The notes beneath the pieces are model-generated. The model was not told the origin of the DNA, ran no database searches, and saw only the letters and a program-made list of their open reading frames with translations. DNA of 64,000 bases, taken from Phoronis australis (lineage: Eukaryota; Animalia; Phoronida). Every line of letters begins with the position of its first letter. Within the stretch, counting starts at the first letter, position 1. The position numbers and the translations under genes are program-made. The DNA lies in contig NMRA01000288.1 of NCBI GenBank assembly GCA_002633005.1, positions 260,300 to 324,299 on the forward strand, in the 5' to 3' direction. Of this stretch, positions 41,048-54,951 are shown piece by piece.

Positions 41048-41667
41048 AAAAGTGCCAATGCGCAGCAGTTTGACAGAATTTCTGAAAATGAAATAATTAC
41101 CAATTAAAAGAGTGATAAATTCCTCATCTAAAAATCGGGGGGGGGCATATTGCGCAACTGGAAAAACATCAATCTCCCGACCGACCAAAATTAGGCCTTC
41201 CGGACGATCGAAAACTCGCCATGAAAACTTGGCCTTGACTTCGAGAAAACAACTTGAGGAGATGCGCACGCATCTAAACTACATCCTATCCAAATTTCAT
41301 GTTTGTATTTGAGAGTATAGTGCTCTTTTGGATAGGAGGAACAAGAGGTACTTTTTCGAAAGTTGATCGCATGGCGGAAAATCGTGCGCTAAAAAAAGCT
41401 TACAAAAATGATTTATCAGCGCTAATTTGAGACAAAAAGATTACAAACTTACAAATAAAGACTAAGGTAAAGATTTATAACACAAAATTGTCTTATAGTT
41501 AACTTTGAAGTCTGAAATCTGGTAATTTACCAACGTGGGTTTTACACAGAGGCAGATATGGAGCACCGTGACCTACTTTTTGATTGTCCTCCCTAACCTA
41601 GGCAATGAAGATCGCCTCTGTTGGCCCGACCAGAGGCGATGCAGCTCCTATATTCGATCTATAGGCC

Positions 41668-42003
41668 GGAAGCTTTTCGGCGAATTATGGCTCGCACCGA
41701 CTAAAATATCAAAGTCACGTTGTTATAAATATCGGTAACTCACCATTTTTGACACTGCGCGCGGCAGAGGATGTGATGTCATACCACCTGGCGCGCAGTG
41801 TTGAAATGGTGAGTTCTCGATTTTGGGAACTGAACGAGGGACTGCACAAAGACAAAGTTTGATAACGGGAGTATTTGTTCGAGTTGGAAGGAATCAATAC
41901 ATCAACGGCCTCCTAAGGTGTCCCTTTGTGAGCAAAAGGTATTTATAAAAACGTGACTTTGATGTTTTAGTCAGTGCAAGGCATAATTTGCCGAAATGCT
42001 TCC
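41668..42003. mobile_element. Foldback/MITE-like inverted repeat
   Basis: Arms of about 66 bp at 41668-41735 (GGAAGCTTTTCGGCGAATTATG..AAAGTCACGTT..ATAAATA) and 41938-42003 are reverse complements. Weaker pairing extends to about 41560/42060. Confidence 0.7.
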
Positions 42004-42823
42004 AGCGTATGAAGTGCCTATTGGAGCTCCACCATCCTGCGTGCCAGTAGGACGGTGGTCACTTTCTACAATGCTTCAGTGGCTACATCGCCGTATAAGC
42101 CTGTGTCAGACACAGGCAATCTTTTACCTCCTTAAAAAGCTACTCATGTCGAAATACAGCAAATAACATCCAATGAAACATGCAGATGTACACCCTGAGT
42201 TTTAATTAAGACATACTCTGAACAACATACTACTCATACTAGTATTGGTAGTAATTTGAACATATCAATTGTCAATAAAAACCTGTCATGGTTCACTCGA
42301 GCTTCCTTCACGGGGTGCCAATTTGAGGAAGTTACGCAAAGTTACGTCTGAGAAAAAGTCGAAAAAACACAAATCGTACAAAGTCTACTGTTATCTTTCC
42401 GTGCTACGTTTTGCAAGTGTCATGCGGCATGATGCCAGATGACACGCTTTGCTTAGACATTGCCACCGTGTCAACTAGCAGTAGAGACGGTGGCCATCCC
42501 ATACGACCTTCATACGCTGTAAGCTTTTTGGTGAATTATGTCTCAGTCACAGAGATTAAACCATCAAAGGGTAGAATGCATGAACGAAAAAGTTATTACC
42601 ATTTAAACAATTCTCTCAAGAGCAGAAACCTGGGCAAAATTTAATTATCTACACACGTCACCGCCCGCTGGCACAATCCTGTCCTGGTGGGCAGAGAGAG
42701 GTGGGTATAAAGCACTCACTGTCATCATGAATGGCCGCCAGCAGAGTTGTCTGCTACAGGCTGGAGATGTCTACTATCTTCCGAACACGAGGTGCACACC
42801 TTGCTGGTATGCCATTGCATTGC

Positions 42824-43412
42824 AGTACTCCAAATTTTCTAAGACCCATTTGTAAGACTGGTAACAATGGCCGATAAACGGTGTTTTTCTCGGGACTTAA
42901 AAATTTGTTTTTAAATTTGCAGAGGCCAGCACGGATACTGACCTGACTATGGACTGCGATCACACGGGAACTTGCCACGCGTACCAGACAGCTTGCGCTA
43001 ATTTAAGCTCAATTTCAGGCTGTTTGCTTGCCAAGGTTGTCCAACTCAATGGCCACCTGGCTGACCGGTAACATTTGGGTGGTCACCTCCCGGCTGCAGT
43101 GTAGCTGAGCCTGCCTTTTGCAGAACTGAGAGATCCTTCTGAAACTCTACAAAGGAGAGGTCTTTAAAATTTTTCCAAGTCCCGAGAAAAGCACCGTTTA
43201 TCTGCTATTTTCACATGTTTCAGAAGGACCTCTCAGTTCTGCAAAAGGCAGGCCCGGCTGCAGTTCGGAGGTGGCCAACCAAATGTAACAACCCGAAATT
43301 GAACTTGAATAAATGTTGGCCAGTGTTTCAAGCTCCCGCGTGGTCGCCTCACAATGCAGTTCACAGTCTGGTCAAAGCCGGCCAACTGACCACTGCGAAT
43401 TTCGAGGGTATA
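42824..43412. mobile_element. Degenerate multi-arm foldback element
   Basis: Inverted pairs 43071-43145/43217-43287, 43003-43024/43287-43309, 42938-42975/43328-43378 and 42871-42899/43178-43205. Confidence 0.65.
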
Positions 43413-44532
43413 CTATAATTGCTGGTTGATGTACCAATGTACGCTACTGACTAGCACCACAGGTGGTAGATTGATAACCGTCTGGAGTAACTTTCCAACA
43501 GACGGTTATACTAGGGAATTGGGGATAACTTTTGAGTAAAATACACAGAAAATGAGAAAACCCAATAATTTTATCTTGATACTTACCTGTCAATAAACCT
43601 CAACCTTTCCTTTTCATCTCTGATGAAATTACATTCAATCCAATAACCTGTGCACTTTACTTAGCCAGTTGCAAATAATGAAACATCTGTTGCCAGCCAT
43701 GTTTCTTACAGCAATGGCACTTATTTAAAACAGTTAATAACCAAACCGACATAATTTACGCATTTCTGACAAAACACTAAAAAGGGAGTAATCGTATTAT
43801 TTTCAGAGTGTATTCACAATCACTCAAATCATGCACTGGTGTACAGGTAATTGTTTCGGTTCAATGTTGTTTAGAATTATTTTTTCAATAAAAGTGAGTC
43901 AGTTGAGCAGTCTCATTGGAGGGGCATCGCCCCTCTGCATCCCGGTATTTGGGTTAGTTTGATTTTTTGGATGAAGAAAGCTGGCTTATTCAGTGGCAGG
44001 TTATCTGGTAATTTCAACTTTATGTTGTTGAAGAAGTCTAGATGTCAGTCATTATGGTTTTTTTTAGTGGAAGTGAGTGCAAATACAAGATGGGTCTCTC
44101 ATGACTTGAGATAATGCATTTTGACTGTGTTTAGTGCATGTATAAATTTATAGTCTTCAGGTAAAGTCAGGGTTCTCACTGGACAAAAAATCAAACAAAG
44201 TGCAAACTGTGTGTCATGTTCTCACACTGTAATCTTCCTGTCAGTTCCAGATAACAACTATAGAACGTACACATTATTTTCACTCGCTGGGCACGTCACT
44301 ATCATTGGTATTGCTAAATAACAAAAAGGTGTACCACTATGGAACACAATTTCAATTGTTTGGCTTCAGAGCATGAAATAATTTTCAAACGTGACTCAAG
44401 ATTTCAAACATGGCTCAGAACTTTTCAACAAGGCTCAGAAGAGCTGTTCTATGTTTGAATACATTAACTAGAAAGGAGAACACTTTGTACTTATGTGACG
44501 ACAATTCCTGATGTCATCTTAACTTTTAAGGT

Positions 44533-47500
44533 ATGGATTCCTCCCTGAGCGTAGAAGGCCAAGATGTCGACGAGGACAACGACCACAGGGTTTCCATGGT
44601 AACCAGTGAACACGGTTACACCATGCTGTTGTCGCAAATGAACAGTGATCACCCAAACAACAACATTCTCAGCAGTTATTCTGGGAACCTGAGTGACGAT
44701 GATAGTTACCACAGCAACAGCGATGACATGGGTGACCTCCGTATCCATGACGATGCCATGGACGACACAGATGCTCTTGATGAGTCTCCAAAGTATGTGG
44801 ATATCCAGTTGGGGATTGATTTGTCTGTGCCATCTGAAGATGAATGCAGCAAAGACTCCAAGCCAGGTAGGCAATATGTTAAGGCCTTTGCTCACCTGAG
44901 GTGCTTGTACCTTCTGAGAGGGAATTTGACTGAGGGGAAATCCCTCAGCTTGCTGCCTATTTGCATTACAAAACCCTAAAGCTGAGGGTCTATGTGACTT
45001 GAAGGGGTTCTAACCTTGAGATGAACTTTTCAATCACTGGGGAATTTTCGTGATTTCATAAGTATTTTTCAGATTCTGAAGAGAATGGGGCCAATTTGGT
45101 CCCATAACGGGGGCCTTGAGTGTTGTAATAGTGTATCAGGGTGGCTTAAGATTGATGTGAAAATTTGTAAATCCAAATTTCTGGAAGATTTATAACTTGC
45201 CACATAGAGGAGGTCACTTGGATTAATGGTAATGTCTTAACATGTGTTGCACTGGATTATTCACCAGCCCTGTTTGACATTGCATTATACATTTTTCTCC
45301 CTGATAGCAAATAGCAGCATTTGTTGATGAAAATGATGGATTTAAATCGGCTTGACATGTTTCGGCATTTACACATCTAGAGGCTGTACATATCAATTGG
45401 TGTTAGCCGAGTCTCAATAGGCAACTGGCACACCACAGGTTGTCATTGTTAGTCTAGTCTATTGTTTCTCCCCTGTAACTGACTGTCTGTGTGTCATTAC
45501 TTGTTGTTGGGCCTAGCAATGTGGCCACTGTTTTTGTTTTTGAGGATGGTGTTTTAATAAACGCTGAAACATGTCCGGCCATCGTTGTTTTTATCAACTT
45601 CTACATTTTTACTCACCAAGTTATCATATGAGTACATGTCTTATCTGGCGTGGTTATAAACATCTTGTAGTTTCTGGTTATCCAGTAACCATGGTTGAAT
45701 CTCCTTCAACCCAAGAATCAGATTTGTGATATTTGGCACTCGTGTTCCTTTCATGATCAGGGCAGCTGGTAACATAAGTGGGAATTTTATTTTTTACATT
45801 CACTGTACGTCTTCTGAGCTTTTTTATGAGATCCTTGTGAACAGGACAGTCGCTCACCTAATGGAAGGGTGCCTGACTGCCTGTGCTTTCTAAAAGGGAA
45901 ATCTTTTCTTATGAGAGGGAAAATTTCTTCCCCCGGTCATCACCAGTATTCCAAGGCATACAGTGGAGGTCTTCTAACATTGTCATGTATGCTTAAGCTG
46001 TTTTAGGCTATTGTTCGTTGGTAGAAATGGTACCAGGTTCCTCACCCACCTGAGGGGAAAGGTGCCTGTGTTTGCTGAGGGTAATTTTTTGGGTGTGGTT
46101 TCTCCGTTGCCTCTTCTTATCGGCTCTGTCTTTTTTATAGTAATGTACATTAATGTTTTGAGCTCGTTTTAAAACATTGCCTTACATACTGCTTAGAGCA
46201 CACGACGGGATTGCGTTTTTTCTTGGAAATGGATTAGCCTATCAAGGGTGTCAGGAAGTGAGCTCTGCACTCCCGTGAATTATTTCCTTTGTTCAATACT
46301 ACATGTGATCGCGGCTTCATTTATGATGAACTAAGTCCAGATTCCATTCTCCACATGGAGGCTGTGAACAGTAGAATGCATGCCTGCGAAGTGAGGATTT
46401 TCACAATAATGGTAAAATCTCACCAATTTTGGACATACACAATTGCCAAAATTTCCCTTTTTCATTTTTCAAGGGTTACAAAATCTTAGCGTATGCCCAC
46501 AATTTTTTGTAACATTGTCTGGTGGTTGCAGTGTAGTGCATAACCTGAACACATGAGGAAGCATAAATTAGGTGCTACATGTCTTTTATGGAAAAAGTGA
46601 GAAAATCAAGTATTACTTGTCTGCCATATTGTGTCCTAAATGAGTGGGATTTTAATGTGATGAAATCTTCTGATACCGAGGATCTGTTGGAGTTTCCCAG
46701 TGATTGTAACCTTGAGAGTAATTTTTTAATCATTGGAAGGAATCTTTTGGATATTATGAGAGAAATTTTGCGTGATTTTTAAATATTTTTCGGAGGGGAA
46801 TGGGGTCGAAGTGTCCTGGGTGAGGAAGAATTGAGGAAATTAAATTTCTATTGTGTACTGAATTTGTGAGATTTCGCCTAGTTAGTGTTTGTGTGCGTTT
46901 TTCACAGTGTTTGTCTGTGCTCCCATGAGGGTTGCATAGAAAGCTGTGAATTCAAAATCTACTGTTTTCAATAACAGGTAATTATTATCAATATTTTCTT
47001 TGTTTTTCAAGAAAATTGTTTTCTTAATTACCTGCCTGGGGAATTTAAATATTCAATAATACGCTGATTATTTACATTCAGCAAAACACGTTTGATTGAA
47101 TGGTCCTTTGTGGGTAATTAGTGTATAATTTGACATTAAGTGAATCAAATAAGGCTTCTGGTTTTTAAATTTTCATTTCTGAGGTTTTAGTGAAGAACTA
47201 AAGAAGAGCTACAAAATGGGTTTTTGTACGCGATTATCTGCATAACTTGTTACTCGCAAATACTTGCTGTTAAGAAACGTGGTAAGTCAATTCAGTAAGC
47301 ACGTCCATACTAAAAATGTTCAGAAATTGTGTGTGGATTAGTGTTAAAACTTCAAACTTGGTTTCGTCACGCTTTTTAACTTATTAAATTACAATAATTC
47401 CCCTCGCCTATTTCTCCCACAATATGGCTGACATGTGAACAAGTCCTTTGTTTTGTCAAATTTCTTCAGAAAAGAAAAGTTGAGCACATGTCAGTGTGTT

Positions 47501-50500
47501 ATTAGCATGGTTTGAACTGTGTAGATGTCACTAAACAACATTTTGTAATTTATAAAAGTTTTCATTATCTGCAACAAGGTAATCGGCCTTTGAAAAGCTG
47601 GAAAATTACAATTTGGCAACTATTTTTGTTCGAGATAAGTGGAGAATTGCTGTACATGATATTCTTCACTGCACGCTAAAATGGAACACTTAACTGTCGG
47701 AATTAGATACGTTAAGCAGTGGATGGAAAGAAATGTCCTCTTTGTAGCTTTGTTTTTCTGCACTGTAGAGTTGTTCGTCACCAACGTTCGTCAACATCCG
47801 TTGATAATGATGCACAGGTAATCTAACTCAAACTTCCTGATTCACATAAAATAATACAGTAATCTTGCTAATCTTGATTCAGGAATAAAACCTTAGTTCA
47901 CAACCAAGTAATTAAGTTTCAAATCACACCCAAGTAGAAGCTACAAAGCAGAACGTTTAATCAAACAACAAAATATCAATTGCTATTAAATAAATTTTTA
48001 GATTTTTAGATCCATGCTCACATGGAGGCTGTAAGTTTGTTTGAGACTGAATAAATTTACATGTTCTCCCTTACTAATATTGCCATATAATTAACACTCA
48101 TCTATGAACTATGATGGAAAGTGTAACAATTAAGTGTTTTTCGTGACAAGAACACTTATTTCAAGTTTTTTTTGAAAGGTCATGGCTGTTGCTTTTGGGA
48201 AAGCTTTAATATCCGCGTGCGAAAGTGATATCAATCACAATAAGGATCACGTTTGGTATCGTCTCTGTTTGCTACACACTGTTGTAGCTGTGAGCGAAAT
48301 CTAAAAAATTATTTTATGGCAATTGATATTTTGTTGTTTGGTTAAACGTTCTGCTTTGTAGCTTCTACTTGGGTGTGATTTGAAATTTAATTTCTTGTTT
48401 GTGAACTAAGGTTTTGTTCCTGAATCAAGATTAGCAAGATTACTGTATTGTTTTATGTGAATCAGGAAGTTTAAAATAGATTACCTGTGCATTATTATCA
48501 ACGGATGGTGACATTTTCATGTTTGACTACAGAGTTCTTGGGCTATAAGGCCATAAAAGAAAGGTAGCCTATGACCGTTATGATATTTTGTTCCTCATTC
48601 TGGCTTAGGGTAATATACCTTTGTGCTAATTATATGTTACTTGTTTTCTGGAAGCTTTTTTCAACATGAGCAGTTTTTTGTGTACAGGTTGGCAGTCTCT
48701 TCCATCTAGAACTGTTAAATAGTGCAATTGATGTACTGCAATAACATCTCTTTCTTAATTTGTGCAGACTATACTGGTCTGAGTTCCCATGGTGATTTAT
48801 AGTTCTTATCTAGCATTTGGATGGAAAATAGATGGTTAGTGTTTCTTTAATTAGTATATCATGTAACATGATCAGCTGATCATTCTACTAAGCTCCAATA
48901 CCTATGGTGGTAATGATCCTCAAGTGGGATCCGTAATCTATATTAATGTTTACCACTGAATATTCACGTCTCCTCATCACCTAACAAACACGTCTAAACC
49001 TACGCAAGTTTTTGAGCTGCACTGGGGACCAATTTTGTAGTCTCATTAACGCCCTGGGAAAAACGGAAATTTGAACTGCTGCATGCAAAATGGTTTCTGT
49101 TAATTACTTAATTATTTGCATTCAGATTGCTGGTTTGAATGCGGTGCTTACATTTGTTATTTTTTTGCATAGATCTCTCTAATGATGTATCATACCCCCT
49201 ACTGACTATGCTAGCCACGTGTTGTCCATTGTCAGCCCATATCGATTGACTGGTGGTTTTTAACAGGGTATTATTACAGTGGAAACCCCACGGTGAATTG
49301 GCGCATTGTGTGGGTCTACAGAGCTGCTTTCCTGGGGCCGTTGTTGTGTTTGGCTTAGCAGGAGACATGTTTACTGTAACATTTCCATTCCATCAGGCTG
49401 CACTTTGCTTGGGATGGATGTTATTGTTGGCCAAGTTTGCATTCAACACTTCTTTCTGTCTGCGTTGTTGCTCCTCAGCTGTGCAGTTTGCAACCACAGG
49501 CACACGGCGGCAGTTTTATTCCTGGTTTGTGGTTATTGATTGTTTTTACCGGCACGTTTATCGAACACATTCTTTGCTAACCCGTAGGCTGATTTCTGGG
49601 CAGAACCAGGCGACAAAGCCGCATTTGTCATTGTTCTCACAGACATTGATGCCCCCCTACAGGGGCTGGTCCCCATGTGGCATGGCATTTGATGACCCCT
49701 GCTGTGCATTTTAACCGGGTTATAAGCGATATCGAAAATGTTTTGTCTGCAGTCGCAAACAGTTCTCTCTGCGGTTCAGAGTTGCGGATTATTTCTTTGG
49801 TCGGTTTTATGGTGACTACTTCGGAGAAGAATCAATGGTAATGTTTCATGGTAATTAGTAAAGAAAAGAAATTGGAAGGTTTGCTTTTTGAGTTTATTTT
49901 GATTGAATTGTATCCGAGTTGTAATTGTTAGATATTCAGAATGCCCCAAGGCTTTAAAAATGAGTTTGATATTTTTCTTTTCTAAAAATGCTATTAGTTT
50001 ATGGTCTTTCTGTAAGTACTAGATATATTTGTGGGTCTCTAGCTAGTATTGGTAACAATGATAGGAGGTATAAAGTTAGTGTGGTTTCAGCAGTTGTGCT
50101 AAACTAAAAAAAAATTGACCCGAGTGAATTTGAAAAAAGTGTGTCTGACTTATGTTGACGATTTACTATTACAGACTGAACATATTGAAGGTAATTGATA
50201 TGTTGCTAGTCTCCGAGAGGTACTGTTGAGAGTTGGCGCACATGACTTTTTGGCCCCTTCTTAAACTGGGACACAGCACTATTGTGATTTTACAGTCAGG
50301 CAACTCGTTAGCGATTGTACTAAATAAAGATTTGCTTTACAACTCTGCTTTGAAATGTTCAGGTTGAATGGGAAGTTTTATGTTACTAAGTCTGTGCTGA
50401 GCACGAATCGAAGTTGCTCACCGTAGTTCTGTGTCGGATTCCTGTCAGAAAGTGTTAACGTGTGATTTTTTTCTATTTCAGGTGACACAGACAGCCTCGT

Positions 50501-53500
50501 CTCAAATAACAGCCATCATCTTTCCTCCTCCGACCCTATCCTCACCAGTGCAGGACAGGTGATTCTGACCAATCAGCAATCGTCCAACGACATGCAGTCA
50601 CATGGGAGTGTGGTCAGAATGCCCGTGGATACTGTTGTTGAGTCAATACCACCATCTCCGGGTCACATGCTTCAAAGTGAGGACTCCGTGATTCAGGTAC
50701 TCAATGATTACTTTTTTGGTTGTGAAAAAACTGTCATTGTTTACAGAAGAAATAGTATTGTTCATTGCCCCGAGACTTGAATCATTGTCTTGAAGTTATT
50801 TTTCAATTTTTTACTTGGCCTGATTATTGCACTAGAGATTACGTAGTTGTGCATGATTTCAACTGTTAAGAAATCATTAGTACTTACTTAGTAATCCTAA
50901 TTAAGCCCATAGGAAAAAGCATGTTTGGTAGGACATGAATTTTTGCATGTGGCTTCTTTAAGGTATACTCTTTTAAATGAAGCCTAATTTTTTTCTCAGA
51001 CTTACCGTTTTTGAGTTATTTGACTTTCAATTTCAAAAAAGAATTTCAAAAAAATGAAAAAAAATTGAAATTTTAGAAAATTTTATGGAATTTGTGAAAC
51101 TGCTCTGTTAAATGGAGTTTTGAACGGGCTTTCAGAAGATGTTTTTCATTTTTTCGCTAGGATATCTCTTTTTCAAATTATTCGGAATTTTTTGATGTCG
51201 CTGTTCCTTTGTTGACTGATTTGTGCTGCTATTTTTTTTGTTCACCTATTGTACAAGATTATAACGCATTTCTTACTCGTTTCTGACATCGTTATTTTTC
51301 ATGTTGTCACCATGTTCATCATCGCCACCATCATTATTATCGTCATCATTGTCATAGTCTACATTGCCATTTATCATTCAATAGTATTTTCAGTCAATTT
51401 TGCCATGTGTCGCTCCTCCAAATGCTTCCATTTTTAAAATGTTGCTTTTTTTGCATGAGGAGCTATCAAAAATAGGATTTATATTCATTATTTTTATTCA
51501 AAGATCAACAAAAGTTGAATAAAACGAAAACAATAATTTACAAAACTTTATCTTTTTATATTTTTTGTCGAATGTTTATGTCAAATGAAATTTGGGCAGA
51601 CCTATTTTTTATGTAACAGTTGTTGTTTTGATCTGGATTCTCTTTGAAGTCCTCTACAGCTGTGTGTCGTTAAAAATATATTAAGCTCTATAAAATAAAT
51701 AATAAAAAATTGTTCTTTATTTCCTAACCTGTACACATCACTTTAGTGTAGCTTATGAAAAAAGAACTGTTCTTTTTTCATAAGCTACACAACCTTATTT
51801 ATTACCGTGTTACCCAGGGAATAATTGCATGCGCTTTTATGTGCAACAACGTGGTGTTTCCACAAGATGTTTCTACTCAAATGTCCAGCATACAGACGCA
51901 TGCACCTAAACCATGCAGTTGAGCACAGTTCCACAACTGAGCGCATGTGCTCAATTGCGGGATTGTGCAGTAAGCTATTTTTAACCAAATGCCGTGGAAA
52001 CTTTTCAACAATTACCTCTTCTTTGAACAAAAAATGCTGCTTTTTCTCATCAATTCCCAAAAACAGAGCTGAACAATTATTTGTTTGCCTGATTTAGTTA
52101 CAGCAAACTTGTGTTATGTTTTGAACTGTCAGGATGAATCATTTTGAAAAAATGGCTTTATTCAGAAAGAAAACATGACTACAAGAGTAAGCGTTCACTA
52201 GTAGCAAAGAGGCACAAGTGAAGAGATGATATCAAATACGTGACAATAAAATGTCATAATGCGCAAATATACAAGGTTACACATTAACAGTATACAATAA
52301 CAAACAATTTTGTTCTATGGTTTTCAACTGTAAGTGTAAAATATATGCGACCTCCATTATCTTCCAGTTTGCCCGTCCACTGCAGCAGCCTATCTGTGTG
52401 AAGATATATGTTCCCGCGCCGACTGTGGCAGAAGTGTTCGACTGCAAGTGGCTGGATTGCGCGAGACAGTGCACCTCACTCAACGAGCTCGTTAACCATG
52501 TGAACGATGACCACGTCAAGCTAGGCAGTGGCAAAGAGGCAGAGTACAAGTGCTTTTGGAAGGAGTGCCCTCGCAAAGGGAAGGGCTTCAATGCCAGGTA
52601 GGCTTTTCAAGTTCCCATTCGGGAGCCGAGAAATGTAGCATGAAATACATTAGGATGTTGTCGCTTTAGTTCAGACTGTGGTTCTTAAGGTGTTGATATT
52701 TATGTGGCCGATTTCACAATGAAGAGGATATAATAATAATAATAATAATTAGTAGCAGTAGCAGTAGCAGTAGTAGTAGTAATATTAATAATAGTAGTAA
52801 TGATAACTTTATTGAACATGCCTGGTGAAGAGAATATTCTGTACTGTCTACGATGTGTATCAAAGTGATATGGTCTTGTTTAGTTGTCCAGAAGAATACG
52901 TACTTATAAAAGTGTTCAACATGTGCATTGCATAAAGTTGATATGTTTCATAGCTTTGTGTGGTCTTTTCCAGATACAAGATGCTGATCCACGTGAGAAC
53001 ACACACCAACGAGAAACCACACCGGTGCTCGACCTGTGGCAAGTGCTTTTCAAGGCTTGAAAACTTGAAAATACACACCCGATCCCATACTGGTGAGATA
53101 ACCTGTCACTCTGCAGCAATGAGCTGCCAGTGTGTTTAATTGTTAACTGTGTGGTCTATTTTGTGCATGTTGACAAATGTTTTTCAAGGATAAAGGGATT
53201 TTTCAATTTCACGTTTATGTAAGTGTTCCTTGAAATAAACGAAAACACCAATTATTGTGAATACGTTGGTTACATAGCTACATATTTTGTTGCATAGAAC
53301 CTCTATCTTTGGTGAAAACAATTGCTTGCACAAAACAGGTTTATTTTTAGTCATTGAATCTCATGTGGCTCTGTGCTTAGAATGTTCATTAGCGAGTCTT
53401 GCATCGTGCAAGACACACTTCTAATCAATGGGATACATTATGTGGTGGTGCTAATGAACATGTGCTCCTCTTTTAGCACGTGAATAGAACGAAAGCGGAA

Positions 53501-54397
53501 AACAGTTTGTCAGCACAGAGGCATCTGAGGGCCAATAGTCCCAGCTGCAGTGCTACTGTTTTTACACTAGCACCATGTAGTTGGTTTGAAGTTGCCCATT
53601 GTTAAGTTTCTAACGGGCAGTGTCTACTTTCTGTCTCTGTTTGCTGTTCTGTAGGTGAGCGTCCATACCTTTGCCCTGTGGAGGGTTGTAACAAGGCCTA
53701 CTCCAACTCTAGCGATCGCTTCAAGCACGTTCGCACTCATCAGGAGGAAAAGCCATACTGCTGCCGTATGCCCGGTTGTCGGAAGCGTTACACCGACCCA
53801 AGCTCACTACGTAAACATATCAAGACGAACAAGCACCAGTTTAGGGGCAGTTCCTTTCACGAGAATGATAAATTGAAATTACACACCAGTGCTGCGAACA
53901 GAACTTTTTTTAATGCCACAAAACCTGCCAATGCTGTGCTATTGGGCTCTGCCCTACGACAAAGAACTGTAATCCAGCAGCCAGCAGGAGTTTCTGGCAA
54001 CACAGCCGATGGTGCTTTCATCATGTATGCTCCGTCGGCTGGTCGAGAACTGCAGAAAGTAATATCACCCTCGGGTGCACGTCAGGTGAACATTGTATCA
54101 GTTCAAAATTCACTGCACCCTCCAACAGCAAATCCTTTGCTGTCGTCAACTATAAGGACGGGTGCAATGTCAACTCCGAAGAAGGACTCTCCATTAGCAT
54201 TGACAACGCATGTCAGTGTCATAGACTCTCCCATTAAAGACTTGTCATCTAGTTCAGAATCAAGTCTCATAGAGCATGTTACCAAGGATCAAGAAGTACC
54301 TCTCGATCTATCCACAAGTCCCAGCGCGGAAAATAATGTGCAGTCTAGGACTAGTTCTCATGGTCTTAAGTGGATGATAAAGTTATCGGATACGTGA
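44533..54397 (+). CDS. GLIS2: GLIS family zinc finger 2 (five C2H2 fingers), about 546 aa
   Basis: Exons 44533-44866, 50482-50696, 52368-52597, 52974-53092 and 53655-54397, all GT-AG with consistent phases. The finger region [64 protein letters not shown] carries GLIS2-type residues (TNEKP, SSDRFKH). A C-terminal PLDLS is present. Confidence 0.92.
45323..45598. mobile_element. Short inverted-repeat element with Penelope-type hammerhead-like ends
   Basis: Inverted arms at 45323-45371 and 45558-45598 share GACATGTTTC/GAAACATGTC. The right arm is preceded by TGAGGA and a stem-loop. Confidence 0.45.
47790..48512. mobile_element. Foldback/MITE with ~215-bp inverted arms in a GLIS2 intron
   Basis: 47790-48005 is the reverse complement of 48297-48512 with few mismatches (e.g. 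CATCCGTTGATAATGATGCACAGGTAATCTA / TAGATTACCTGTGCATTATTATCAACGGATG). Confidence 0.9.
52730..52803. repeat. (AAT)n/(AGT)n microsatellite
   Basis: Direct trinucleotide runs in a GLIS2 intron. Confidence 0.85.
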
Positions 54398-54884
54398 TGA
54401 CAGAAATTTTTAATTTGCGAGTTGTCTTCCTATTTGTAAATGGAAGTGGCTGCATTGAAGGAAGATTATCTAATGATGCCATTGTTCTTAAAGAACTGGT
54501 TTTTGTAGTCAAAAACCCCTTAAAGTTATGTATGACCTCATTGATAAGTCTGTTAGCCAAATATCTGCAAAATAAATTTTAACTTAGTGAAAGTATATTC
54601 TTCTGAAAGTTGGAAATATATAGAATTGATTTTTGACCAAGTCCACCATAAATTGGGTCACATGTAATGAAATTTAGGGAAAATAAAGGTATGTTCGTAG
54701 GAGAACAGCGTATTAATTAACATGACTAAATTTTGTTTACTGTAAATGTTGAGAAGTTAAATCTCAAAAATGCTGTTAATTTTATATATTAATTTGTTTT
54801 CTGCATCTTTTGAGTATTTTCATAGAAATCGTAAAAGTCCTATTTTTGCAAGCCCTTCAGGCATTAGTGGAACATTTTAAAGAC

Positions 54885-54951
54885 CCAATCAGCCATTTCT
54901 GAGATATGGTGTTCCAAAGTTTGCCAAATTTGGACATTTTCCTAGGGTCTT
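54885..54951 (-). repeat. Dispersed repeat fragment shared with about 15138-15205
   Basis: CCAATCAGCCATTTCTGAGATATGGTGTTCCAAAGTTTGCCAAATTTGG is a near reverse complement of CCAAATTTGGCAAACTTCAGAACATCATATCTCAGAAACAGCTGATTGG. Confidence 0.7.

Noticed and set aside
40592-41269. ORFs spanning the N gap
   Set aside because: Artefacts of translating Ns.
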